Shown here one piece after another: positions 45,901 through 55,552 of a DNA stretch of 64,000 nucleotides. The notes under the pieces are model-generated. The model did not search any database. It was not told the origin of the DNA and saw only the letters and a program-made list of their open reading frames with translations. Each line of letters opens with the position of its first letter. Position 1 is the stretch's first letter. The stretch is taken from positions 62,001-126,000 of the forward strand of contig OZ025754.1 in assembly GCA_964019335.1 (NCBI GenBank). Reading direction: 5' to 3'. The stretch comes from Diplonema japonicum (Eukaryota; Protista; Euglenozoa: Diplonemea). Position numbers and translations under genes: made by a program.

Positions 45901-48068
45901 GTTCTTTCAACGACCTCTCTGTACGCGGGCCATTCCCTCCCTTGGTCTTCAGAGACTTCACGGAGCTCCTTCAGGATGTCCCCCGAGGTTTCAAATGTGA
46001 TCTCCTCGTCTAGGCTTGGCAGGAACATCTCAGCAAAACCCGCGATCCTCGGGTTCTGAAGAAGGATCGGGAACCCACCGATGTGCGCGATGATCTCTTT
46101 CAGTTTTTGCATGTTTGACTTCACCATCTTTTCCTCGTCGGTGCCCGAGAATGAGTAGAAGTAAGTATACTTGCTGCTCTTCGAAAAAGCGTCCTTTATA
46201 TATTCGTACATAACGTCACCCGCGTGTTTGGGGGCGTTGGGAATGTCCAGGATTTTTAGTGTCGACACGGCCTTTCCAAGGGATATTATGTGATCTTTTG
46301 CAGTAGCCACGCTGGCCGTCAGCAGCCTTTTCAAGATATGCCTGGCGAAGGTTAGCAGTTTGTGCTCCTTGACTCGTTTAACCGCGGCGTACTGCAGAGA
46401 AATCGTGGCAGCCCATGTGCCCCACGATGTCATCCAAGGCCCATCTCCCCATTTCAACGAGTATGTGAACAGTTCTTCCAGCGGTCTTACTGCAGAAGAC
46501 GGGATCGCCATGATGTCTGATGTTAGTAAAGTTTCGACAACTGGTGCTTTAACGCGCGACTCTTCCTTCGATAGTCTACTTGTGATCCATGAGAGGATAG
46601 GGGTTAACCTGTCGCTCTTGCGGCTTCCGAGCCCGCAGAACCAAAGTGAGTTGAACACGGTCACACGGAGCTTCGGATCGCGTGTGTCAGCAAGTTTCTT
46701 CAAAACAGGTTCAGCATAGACAGTGGGCATGTCACGCAGAAATTCGCACCGCTCGGCAGTGTCCAAATCCTTGAATTCATCCGTTGCAACGTGTTCGGTT
46801 AGTACAGATGTGACGAGATCTTTTGGGGCAGCGATGCTTCTGCGTACTTCGGCCTTTTCCTTGATGATCTCCGGGTAGAAGGGGAGCAGTTTTTGAAACA
46901 CGATTCTAACCGGCTCGTATACTTTCAGACACCCCACTGCAACGTAGCCCCTCTTCAAGTCCGTATCTATTATGGTGCGCAGGAATTTTTCGTCAGGGTT
47001 GAACACGCCCTTCGGGAATGTTTCAAACAGCTTGCAGACTTCGACAGTGAGGCGCTTGTCGTCCGTGTACTTTCCCACCAGACCCGCCATAGCGTTGGAG
47101 ACCGCCTTGTTGTTGTTGTTAAGATCATCTGTAAGCCATCCCGACAGATATTTGACGGTTTTTTGAACATCCTTGTCCGACGACACAGTATTCAAAAACG
47201 GCCCCGTGAGCTTTCTCAACGCTTCCGTCCTGTACTCGGGGTTTTTCCGTTGCTTCCTCAGACACCATAAGAAAGCGCCGTTGGCTTTCGGCAGTTCGTT
47301 TAAAACGTCTATAGGGAGGTGTCTGACAAGCGGTCTTGAGATAAACCACACCCCCCTGTCGGAGGCCTTGTGGGTTTTCAGGGCTTTTAGGAGCTCGGTT
47401 GGGTGGCTCGAAGCAAGCTCTCTGCAGGACCTGAACCACCTGTAGTCGAAGTCCTTCGTCGTTTTCAGTATGGTGAACAGGAACTCGGGGTATCGCACCG
47501 CTACTGACTGGTAGACTCCTTCAAGGTCTGGGTTGTTGCCCTTCCCTCTCAAGCGCTTGCTGCATTTTCCAAGGTGTTTTGTTAGATCGGCGAGACGGGG
47601 GAGCCACCTGGAGGTGAGCTCTTTGTGGATAGGATTCTTCTTACCCCGTTTCAGAACAACTATAGCGGCGTGCGCACCACCAAAGATAGGGTTCTTGACA
47701 ATCTCGGTCAGGACTTCGTCTGTAGGCAAGCGGAGAAAATTCACCGCGAAGCACCTCAGGTTGAGGGGGAGATTGGTGTTCAAGAAGATTTTGTTGAGTA
47801 GTGACTGGTTCATCTTTGCAATACACTGAAGCGCCCTGCAACGCACAACCCAAGACTGGCTCTCCTCCACCACTTTTAATAGACACATCTCTTCTCCGGC
47901 ATTCATGGCTGCTACCACCCCATATACAGCAGTCCAGGTGTCTTGGGACGGCAGTGTCGCAAATATCTCCGTCACGATGCGGGCCCTATCCTTCCCCAAT
48001 ACCGCCGCTCTTCGCATCCTCGTGTTGTGGTTCACAAGGGCCTCCATCCTACTGCGAAACTGTGTCAT
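42996..48068 (-). CDS. Large intronless hypothetical protein (1690 aa), probably alpha-solenoid/HEAT-like
   Basis: Uninterrupted 5-kb ORF with an ATG after poly-A, helical Leu/Ala/Lys-rich composition and no catalytic motif recognised. Confidence 0.8.
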   Translation of the reverse strand: MTQFRSRMEALVNHNTRMRRAAVLGKDRARIVTEIFATLPSQDTWTAVYGVVAAMNAGEEMCLLKVVEESQSWVVRCRALQCIAKMNQSLLNKIFLNTNLPLNLRCFAVNFLRLPTDEVLTEIVKNPIFGGAHAAIVVLKRGKKNPIHKELTSRWLPRLADLTKHLGKCSKRLRGKGNNPDLEGVYQSVAVRYPEFLFTILKTTKDFDYRWFRSCRELASSHPTELLKALKTHKASDRGVWFISRPLVRHLPIDVLNELPKANGAFLWCLRKQRKNPEYRTEALRKLTGPFLNTVSSDKDVQKTVKYLSGWLTDDLNNNNKAVSNAMAGLVGKYTDDKRLTVEVCKLFETFPKGVFNPDEKFLRTIIDTDLKRGYVAVGCLKVYEPVRIVFQKLLPFYPEIIKEKAEVRRSIAAPKDLVTSVLTEHVATDEFKDLDTAERCEFLRDMPTVYAEPVLKKLADTRDPKLRVTVFNSLWFCGLGSRKSDRLTPILSWITSRLSKEESRVKAPVVETLLTSDIMAIPSSAVRPLEELFTYSLKWGDGPWMTSWGTWAATISLQYAAVKRVKEHKLLTFARHILKRLLTASVATAKDHIISLGKAVSTLKILDIPNAPKHAGDVMYEYIKDAFSKSSKYTYFYSFSGTDEEKMVKSNMQKLKEIIAHIGGFPILLQNPRIAGFAEMFLPSLDEEITFETSGDILKELREVSEDQGREWPAYREVVERTLKKVGRHYSPEDGAKRISEYIAAIPPKSVKDQRPILQVCCSALLAQANKQTGAVPSDVVAMCKTHLIANMDDMTGIEFEFVEDTVKAVINWAAIPKSTYTWESSYTPYDITELLNAIGSPSPSTKGIFKHALGVISPKDGVGICMIRCEPKRDNPERIHTASSKTARPRFRFQRGHRAAKRHKNTKALKNSTKTANAKFEGWAANPVLGLIDRMKKAKISCDGVSRYVRQAAEHSPISENKKRVIRALLDLFENCSTPEKNLSLPTGFRELPETAEFIKKHVDIKHAEIAVSAMLDPKHFRLRRLDQMLSAGLGKVTPSELFRESSTFQKYVLEHRPNEVPRLMGPMSKTLPWLLPGLATGVRKARFGGQTTTVSSSVYLLPPKVQQYLWDNWVVPTGFDVSHLSCDSAWNTNKDYDHRSKAEKLWVACAMGSAPNIPKITDDKHPFNIFFKQAVTDREATRKLTTKEQDNVVKSDKLTTATIHGSRAAQLCLELLLALRTVHEGEAALRVITQHIDVGVSSKVAIPSAACALACLPPKTAAGLLKDVLQRSSTKASARSQLGRCCVKLLAPADIERFVEMEWKEGGWVLLGSDSDSCVSTAEEMMFTSTKVALLCSLVATPVLQDAPALWDRMQSISLSRTDENIYIAGQVLASLAGTNGVTTLNSKAWPPCACPGLAKLVASFSDVPSLFEVAKTVLMRYFKMLSVTDHPPAEEDAEGVVKHLIAAKDSELLTAMVGALTPYRPGLLAEVCKTKQKQISVALAQGNVEACLTAKRILKSITSEKRCNVPTVECEKAIQVLVETPSTVVCAYGVIGKQWARNLKSVDEGELDNILRTTANVLGKVGRAGELVTEPCYEGLDMSAFPTLVEKYMRFPEKVPMLLRFVVLTVMHASPAFVSPQLLKFVVSCAGEATAVVSSAAYATLEKVPRGCYRISYELVNDVPETEEEKQKKKQNARTSWRSGDW

Positions 48069-48136
48069 TTTTTTTTTTTTTTTTTTTTTTTTTGGTGCTT
48101 CCCTCCTTTTTTTTTAAATATTTTTATTCTACGGTA

Positions 48137-48148
48137 TTCTGAAAGTCG

Positions 48149-48188
<40 letters not shown>

Positions 48189-48350
48189 AAAGAAAAAAAG
48201 AAGGTAAAGGGGGAAGGTTGAGCTTTGAATAGAGTGTCGGACCTCAGGATCCTTCTTTCTTTTAATCACGTTATCGGGGTGGGGAAAGTGTTCGTTTGGG
48301 GGAGGGGGGGTTAACGTCGGGAGTTAAAAACAAACACATTTTCTTTATTT
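48137..48350. repeat. Duplicated upstream spacer X (second copy 53187-53350); a sub-motif recurs at ~48580 and ~48858
   Basis: TTCTGAAAGT.GA(A)n...GGTTGAGCTTTGAATAGAGTGTCGGACCTCAGGATCCTT...TAATCACGTTATCGGGGTGGGGAA...AAAACAAACACATTTTCTTTATTT at both sites. Confidence 0.85.
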
Positions 48351-48676
48351 TAAAGGTGGTGGAGATAACATGGAATATAAGACACAGGTATTCTCTTTCC
48401 ACAGTTGACTGATGTTTTTTTTTTTTTCTTTTTCTTTTATTTTTCTTTTTCTTTGATGCACGTGGGGATGTTGGGGATTTATGTTATTTCTTTCTTTTTT
48501 TTTTTTTCTCGCTTCTTTCTTTTTATTCTATTCGCTTACACTTCATTTGTTTTCTTCCTGTTGCCTTGAAGGGCTTGCTAGGTGCCGGACTTCAGTATCT
48601 TTTTTTTCCTTTTCTTTTTTTAAATCACGTTATTTGGGTTGGAAAAATTCGTTTTTTTTTTTTTTTTTTTTTTTTT

Positions 48677-49826
48677 AAATTCCACTTCCGTTTCGACTTG
48701 CTAAGGCCGTACCCACTAGGTGGGTTGGAAGTGTCTCGAGACGCTCACCCGGTTGCCCGAGTACTCATGACCGTATTGGTGTTCTCATTCCACAAGCTTT
48801 GCTGGTTGTTTGGCACTTTACACTTTTTTTTTTTTTTTTTTTTTTTTGGCTACTGTGGGTGCCGGACCTCAGTATCCTTTTTTTTTTTTTTTTTTTACTA
48901 TCACGTTATAGGGGTGGGGTAAAACTTGTTCAGGGGGGCTTTTTTATTTTCACTGCTGCGTCTGTCTCGTCGGCTGCTGTGGTGGGGGGTTGGTAGTGCT
49001 CTCTGTTTCTGCGAGAAACAGGATTGGGGATCAGGGATGGGATCTCGGGATTCTGAATGAATCTTTAGTGCCTCAGCCGCCTTCTGATTGGCTTGCTACT
49101 TCGGCAGGTTAGTTGGTTGTTGTGGAGTTGTTGCGGAGGGGGGCAGGTCCCCGGTGTCTTCGAGGTATTGGATTGCTTTTCGTGGGTTCTCCACAAGGAT
49201 GTGTCTCAGCGTCAGGGTGTCGAAGTGTTTGTCCCTGCTTAGCCCAGTCTAGGAAGAGATGTTGGAGGGTTCGCTTCGTGTTGGGGCCGCACTTCACGCA
49301 AATTCGCTGCTCGGCGTAACCCACCTTTAGCAGGTCATGGTGCCCGGTCTTTAGCTGGTTGATCAGCACTTCCTCTTTCCTGTTCAGCCCTTCCATCTTC
49401 TTTGGTGCTTCTGTGTTTCCTGCCCACTTATTGTATGTCTTTTCCTTGTTCAATCCTGCTAATATTCCCCGCTTCCCAGCTTTTCTTAGGTGGTTCTTTG
49501 CCGCACCCATGCTTATCTTCTGTGTTGTTTCTTTGTCTCTGCCGTTGCTGGCGAGTTGGTCTGCCTTCTCGTTTCCTTCTATCCCGCAGTGGCCTGGGAT
49601 AAAGCAGCATTTTTTTTCCCACACTGCTGCATCTGATTGGTCGGCTGCTGTGGTGGGGGGGCAGGTTCTCTGTTTCCTCGGGATTCTGATTAAATCATAA
49701 GTGCCTTAGCCGCCTTCTGATTGGCATGCTACTTCGGTAGGGTAGATAGTTGTTGCGGGGTTGTTGCAGAGGGGGGCAGGTCCCCGGTGTCTTCAAGGTA
49801 TTTGATTCCTATTCGTGGGTGCTCCA
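48677..49826 (-). mobile_element. Ingi/I-group LINE 3' fragments (RNase H end, CCHC-like finger, 3'UTR, poly(A)); two tandem truncated copies
   Basis: FIPGHCGIEGNEKADQLA (RNase H) and LINQLKTGH...CVKCG...TLQHLFLD. 48950-49195 is repeated at 49620-49826, and the poly(A)-tailed end lies at 48677. Confidence 0.8.
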
Positions 49827-52800
49827 TTTACAGCGAGCTTCAACAAGATATTTAACTACCTCTCGGTGACACTTCAGTGCTGCTAAATAAACCGGTGTCC
49901 AACCGTCGTTGTTTTTAACACTTGCGTTTTGACCGAGAGTTTCAACAAGATATTTAACTGTCTCGAGGTGGCCGTTGTGTGCTGCGTGATGTACAGGCGC
50001 AAAACCTTTGTTGCATTTGACACTTGCGTCACGACCGTGAGTTTCAACAAGATATTTAACTACCTCGAGGTGGCCGTACAGTGCCCCGATATGAACTGGC
50101 TTCCTTCCGTCGTTGCATTTAACACCCGCGCCTTTCCAGCGAGTTTCAACAAGATATTTAACTGTCGCGAGGTGGCCGTTCTGTGCCGCAGTATGAACAG
50201 GTGTCCAACCGTCGTTGCATTTGACACCTGCGCCTTGACCGCAAGTTTCAACAAAATATTTAACTGTCTCGAGGTGGCCGTGCAGTGCTGCTAGATGAAC
50301 CGGTGTCCAACCCTTGTTGTTTTTAACACCTGCGTTTTGACCGAGAGTTTCAACAAGATATTTAACTGTCTCGAGGTGGCCGTGCAGTGCTGCTTGATGA
50401 ATCGGTGTCCCACCTTTGTTGCTTTTGACACCTGCATCCTGACCGCAAGTTTCAACAATTCTTTTGTTTTTCTTTCTTCTTTCCGAGACGCAAAGAAAGC
50501 GCGACGCCGTACCTCTCCATTCAACAAGATACTTTAGTGTCTCGAGGTGGCCGTTCTCTGCCGCTTGATGAACCGGTGTCCAACCCTCGTTGCATTTGAT
50601 ACCTGCGCCTTGACCGCAAGTTTCAACAAGATATTTAACTACCTCGAGGTGGCCGTGCAGTGCTGCTAGATGAACTGGTTTCTTACCCTCGTTGCATTTG
50701 ACACCTGCGTTTTGAGCGCGATTTTCAACAAGATACTTAACTGTCTCTAGGTGGCCGTTTTTTGCTGCTTGATGAACCGGTGTCCAACCGTCGTTGTTTT
50801 TGACAACTGCGTTTTGACCGAGAGTTTCAACAAGATACTTAACTGTCTCGAGGTGGCCGTTATCTGCCGCAGCATGAACCGGTGTACCCTTGTTGCATTT
50901 GACACCTGCGCCTTGACCGCAAGTTTCAACAAGATATTTAACTGTCTCGAGGTGGCCGTGCAGTGCTGCTAAATGAACCGGTGCCTGACCGTCGTTGCTT
51001 TTGACACCTGCGTTTTGAGCGAGAGTTTCAACAATTCTTTTGTTTTTCTTTCTTTTTTTTGAGATGTAAAGAAAGTGTGACGCCGCACCTCTCCATTCAA
51101 CAAGATACTTTAGTGTCTCGAGGTGGCCGTTATCTGCCGCAGCATGAACCGGTGTCCAACCCTTGTTGCATTTGACACCTGCGCCTTGACCGCAAGTTTC
51201 AACAAGATATTTAGCTGTCTCGAGGTGGCCGTTGTGTGCTGCTTGATGAACCGGTGTCCTACCGCTGTTGCTTTTGACACCTGCGTTTTGAGCGCGATTT
51301 TCAACAAGATATTTAACCGTCTCGAGGTGGCCGTTCCCTGCTGCTTGATGAACTGGTGTCCAACCGTCGCTGCTTTTAACACCTGCGTCTTGACCGAGAG
51401 TTGCAACAAGATATTTGACTGTCTCGAGGTGGCCGCTACCTGCCGCAGCATGAACAGGTGTCCAACCCTCGTTGCATTTGACACCTGCTCCTTGACAGCA
51501 AGTTTCAACAAGATATTTAACTGTCTCGAGGTGGCCGTGCAGTGCTGCTTGATGAACCGGTGCCTGACCGTCGTTGCTTTTGACACCTGCGTTTTGAGCG
51601 CGATTTTCAACAAGATATTTAACTGTCTCGAGGTGGCCGTTCCCTGCTGCTTGATGAACCGGTGTCCAACCCTCGTTGTTTCTGACGACCGCGTTTTGAC
51701 CGAGAGTTTCAATAAGATACTTAACTGCCTCGAGGTGGCCGTTATCTGCCGCAGCATGAACAGGTGTCCAACCCTTGTTGCATTTGACACCTGCTCCTTG
51801 ACAGCAAGTTTCAACAAGATATTTAACTGTCTCTAGGTGGCCGTTCTGTGCTGCTTGATGAACTGGCGTTGAACCGTCGCTGCTTTTGACACCTGCGTCT
51901 TGACCGAGAGTTTCAACAAGATATTTAACCATCTCGAGGTGGCCGTACACTGCTGCTTGATGAACCGGTGTCCAACCCTTGTTGCTTTTGACACTTGCAC
52001 CTTGACCGCAAGTTTCAACAAGGTATTTAACTGTCTCGAGGTGGCCGTTCCCTGCTGCAAGAATAACCGGTGTCCCACCGCTGTTGCTTTTGACATCTGC
52101 TTCGTGACCTCGAGTTTCAACAAGATATTTAACTGTCTCGAGGTGGCCGTGCAGTGCTGCTAGATGAACCGGTGTCCAACCGTCGTTGTTTCTGACAACC
52201 GCGTTTTGACCGAGAGTTTCAATAAGATATTTAACTGTCTCGAGGTGGCCGCTCCGTGCTGCAGCATGAACAAGTGTATAACCGTCGCTGCATCTAACAC
52301 CTACGTTGCAATCGCTAGTTTCAACAAGATATTTAACTGTCTCGAGCTGGCCTTGAAGTGCTGCTAGAAAAAGCGGTGTCCTATCGTCGTTGCATTTGAC
52401 ACCTGCGTCGTTACCGCGAGTTTCAACAAGGTACTTTAATGTCTCGAGGTGGCCGTTTTTTGCTGCTTGATGAACCGGTGTCCTGCCGTCGTTGTTTCTG
52501 ACAACTGTTTTTTGACCGAGAGTTTCAACAAGATACTTAACTGTCTCGAGGTGGCCGTTCTCTGATGCTTCATGAACAGGTGTACAACCGTCGTTGCTTT
52601 TGACACCAGGGTCCTGGTCGTAAGAAGAGACGAGAGCAGCCACAGCCTCGACACAGTTGTTTTCGCGAGCTGCATAGTGCAGGGCCGTGTAACCATCGCT
52701 GTCCGTTGCACCAGGGTCAACACCCCGCTCCTTAATAAGATCCCTCATCTCCTCAAGGTCCCCTTTTGAAACAGCGCCGATCAATGCAAGCCTCCCCTCC

Positions 52801-52832
52801 TCTTTTGTGAGGGTTGTAGCAGGTGGGTACAT
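49809..52832 (-). CDS. Ankyrin-repeat protein with roughly 27 near-identical 34-aa repeats (102-bp tandem DNA unit)
   Basis: Repeated GxTPVHxAAxNGHLETVKYLVET. The likely start is MYPPATT at 52832, and the last codons are LINE-derived. Confidence 0.88.
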   Translation of the reverse strand: MYPPATTLTKEEGRLALIGAVSKGDLEEMRDLIKERGVDPGATDSDGYTALHYAARENNCVEAVAALVSSYDQDPGVKSNDGCTPVHEASENGHLETVKYLVETLGQKTVVRNNDGRTPVHQAAKNGHLETLKYLVETRGNDAGVKCNDDRTPLFLAALQGQLETVKYLVETSDCNVGVRCSDGYTLVHAAARSGHLETVKYLIETLGQNAVVRNNDGWTPVHLAALHGHLETVKYLVETRGHEADVKSNSGGTPVILAAGNGHLETVKYLVETCGQGASVKSNKGWTPVHQAAVYGHLEMVKYLVETLGQDAGVKSSDGSTPVHQAAQNGHLETVKYLVETCCQGAGVKCNKGWTPVHAAADNGHLEAVKYLIETLGQNAVVRNNEGWTPVHQAAGNGHLETVKYLVENRAQNAGVKSNDGQAPVHQAALHGHLETVKYLVETCCQGAGVKCNEGWTPVHAAAGSGHLETVKYLVATLGQDAGVKSSDGWTPVHQAAGNGHLETVKYLVENRAQNAGVKSNSGRTPVHQAAHNGHLETAKYLVETCGQGAGVKCNKGWTPVHAAADNGHLETLKYLVEWRGAASHFLYISKKRKKNKRIVETLAQNAGVKSNDGQAPVHLAALHGHLETVKYLVETCGQGAGVKCNKGTPVHAAADNGHLETVKYLVETLGQNAVVKNNDGWTPVHQAAKNGHLETVKYLVENRAQNAGVKCNEGKKPVHLAALHGHLEVVKYLVETCGQGAGIKCNEGWTPVHQAAENGHLETLKYLVEWRGTASRFLCVSERRKKNKRIVETCGQDAGVKSNKGGTPIHQAALHGHLETVKYLVETLGQNAGVKNNKGWTPVHLAALHGHLETVKYFVETCGQGAGVKCNDGWTPVHTAAQNGHLATVKYLVETRWKGAGVKCNDGRKPVHIGALYGHLEVVKYLVETHGRDASVKCNKGFAPVHHAAHNGHLETVKYLVETLGQNASVKNNDGWTPVYLAALKCHREVVKYLVEARCKWSTHE

Positions 52833-53582
52833 GGTTGTTGTTGTTGTTGTTGTTGTTGTTGTGCAGGTAGCTGAATGTTGTTGAAAGGGAAAAGAAAGGA
52901 AAAATAACAAGTAAAACCGAGAGGGGGGGAAGAGATGTCGCCGTCACATGCAAGCAGGGTTTGGGCTGCTTCGTTCGGAGGATGCACCTCGCCATGCAAT
53001 GCACGACAGTGGCCGCAAGCTCGCGGCCACGCTTGCGGAGCGCCTTAGGATGTCTGAGAGGTCTTTCAAAGTGGGTCTCGCCTTCGCTCACCTGACGGCA
53101 TCCAGTTCCTCTTGTAGCAAGACCGGACCAAAACCCCGTGTTAATCTTTTCATTCCTTCGTGGCAGTTTTTTTTTATTATTTTTTGTTCTGAAAGTTGAA
53201 AAAAAAAAAAAAAAAAAAGAGGTAAGGGGGGGAGGGTTGAGCTTTGAATAGAGTGTCGGACCTCAGGATCCTTGCTTCTCTTAATCACGTTATCGGGGTG
53301 GGGAACTTGTTCGTTTGGGGGAGTTTAAAACAAACACATTTTCTTTATTTCTCTTTTTGGGGGGGGCTTTTTTTTTTTCTTCTTTTTTTTTAAATTCCAC
53401 TTTTTTCGACTTGCGCAGGCCGCACCCACTAGGTTGGTTGGAAGTGTCGCGAGACGCTCACCCGGTTGCCCCGGGTACTCATGATCGTAATCAAAAACTT
53501 TTTCGAATATAAAGAAGAAGAAAAAAAAAGCCGCTGAAGAGCGGCCTTTCCCCCTCCCCTTTTGAAAAAGGAAAAAAAGCGT

Positions 53583-53696
53583 CGGTTGATTGTTGTTTGT
53601 GCACAGCCGGGGGTTAACCTAAGCAATGCTACCACTACTCTTTTTAGCACTAACAATTCATTATCAATATATTATTTTTGTTGTTCAAGCAAAAAA
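53583..53696. repeat. Duplicated downstream spacer Z (second copy 57232-57370)
   Basis: CGGTTGATT..GCACAGCC.GGGGTTAAC..CTCTTTTTAGCACTAACAATTCAT..TCAATATATT..TTGTTCA.GCAAAAA at both sites. Confidence 0.8.
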
Positions 53697-53727
53697 AATA
53701 AAAAGGGATTCCTTCCTTATGTTATGT

Positions 53728-55519
53728 TCAGTCCTCCTTTGCCTCAATGTTGGAGAGGTGAGGGAAGGGGAGGAGAGCAGGAGAGGGCACGAGGGCGGTG
53801 GGCTGTGTGCTGTGGAGGACGGAGGCGATGAGGAGGGAGGAATGCTCTGCTTGCCTGATGGGGTTCACGTTCTTCTGCACGACAGTGTTCATGAGGGACC
53901 TGTCGAAGAAGTGTACTGCTGGGGTCACCACGTGCAGGTATGTGTGCGCAAGCGGAACTGCTCCCGACTTTGAAAGGGAGTCCAGCAAACGGTACGCCTT
54001 CGCCGTCTCGTCCGCCTTCTCCAGCGTAACTGTCTCCTGCTCTGCGAGGAGCGACTTGTGCATCTTCTTCGTCCATCTCTCGCCTGTCAGGATTGTGCCC
54101 GCGTGCAGTGCCGCTTCCTTGTCGTACTTCTTCAGCATCTCGTTCAGCCTCTTCGGGAAGGACCTTACCTCGTCGATGAGATGCGGAGGGCGCCCATCCT
54201 CCTCCCCCTCGAGGGCCATTTGCCCCATCATATCATCCAGCTTGTCTACTTCCATCCCTTCCGTTCCCTTTCCCTTTTCCTTTCCCTTGAGCGGCCTCCG
54301 CTCTTCGTCGCATGGAAGTAATGCCATCTCATCTAGCGAGGAAGACGGATGGACAAGACGCGGACCCTTTTCTTTTTTGTCTTTTTTGGCTTTTTTGGAC
54401 GTTTTCCGTTCTATCCCCCTGTCCATTTTCGACTTCGACAGTTCGTATTGCTCGTAAAACATTCTCTTGCGTGGTTTCTCGCTGCTGCTGCCATCGTCCA
54501 CATAAGCATCGCGCATCTTCTTCTCCTTCAGCTCCGCCTCCTTTGCGGCTTGTATCATGTCGAAGACCCTGCGGACATGCTTCCTCACGATCTCGACCTT
54601 CTCTGCGGTGTGCTCCTTCAGGTTGCTGCCGAGGGTGTCGCTCTCCTCGGAGAACATGATGAGGTCCGGGGGGATGTGGTAGTCGATGAAGAGCTGCAGG
54701 ATGCTCTGCGTGAGCTCCACCTCCTTCGTGAGGGACGCCGTCGGGAGCTTCAGAAGCTCCTCCAGCTGCGGTTTGATCTGGATCACCGCGACCCCGAACA
54801 GGCTCCCCTCCAGCTGCATGACCCTGTAGGCTTCTGCGAACTCCTGCTGCTCCGGCGACAGTGACGACACAGCCACCTCGAACGCCTTTGGTGTCGGGAT
54901 CGCCTCCACCTCCAGAGGGATCCGCACCTCGTCCTTGTCCTTCACGATCAAAGCGTTCGACGGGAGGAACTCCTTCCCGGGGCCCAGTTTTCCCAGCATC
55001 ACCACGTAGCAGCTGAACTGCCTCGCCGCCGCCTTCAGCACCCCGCGCACCCCCCGCTCCGACTCGAACGCATGGCTCACCCAGCAGTGCGCCTCCAGCT
55101 CCGCTTCCATCGTCACCACCGTCGAGCTGTTGATCCGAGCCGTCGTCTCCTGCCTCCCGAACACCCGCTGGAACATCTCCACAGGTCGCTCCTCTTCTCC
55201 CTTGCTGTTGTTGCAGTCGAGACTGATGACTCCCTCAGGGTAACACCCCTCCCGCCTCACCGAGTGGCAAAACATCCTCGGGCGGTACTGCTCGTTGAAG
55301 AAGCTCGCGTAGTGGTGCTGCATGTACTCCCCGAAGTCGGCGGGGGCCAGCTGCCGGCCCACAGCCTGCTCCAGCTGCCGCATCAGCGTCGCCTCCAGGT
55401 ACTCCACACCGTTCCGGTACGAGAGGGACAGCTCCATCATGTGGTTCAGCATCGTGAGGAAGTGCTCCTCGCGACGGGTGCACAAGGCTGCTGTTTTTGT
55501 CCCTGTTGCAGGTCCACCT

Positions 55520-55552
<33 letters not shown>

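Noticed and set aside
48900-49826. Autonomous LINE or an Ingi/L1Tc 5' HDV-like ribozyme signature
   Set aside because: Only 3' fragments are present: no reverse transcriptase, no endonuclease and no recognisable 77-nt signature.
51035-51095. The ankyrin insertion as a GT-AG intron
   Set aside because: The available GT..AG pairs (37, 41, 52 nt) would shift the frame, whereas the unspliced sequence is in frame and has a TSD.
49830-52600. Regular 102-bp repeats that superficially resemble a CRISPR array
   Set aside because: They are in-frame ankyrin coding repeats with no unique spacers, no cas genes and a eukaryotic context.
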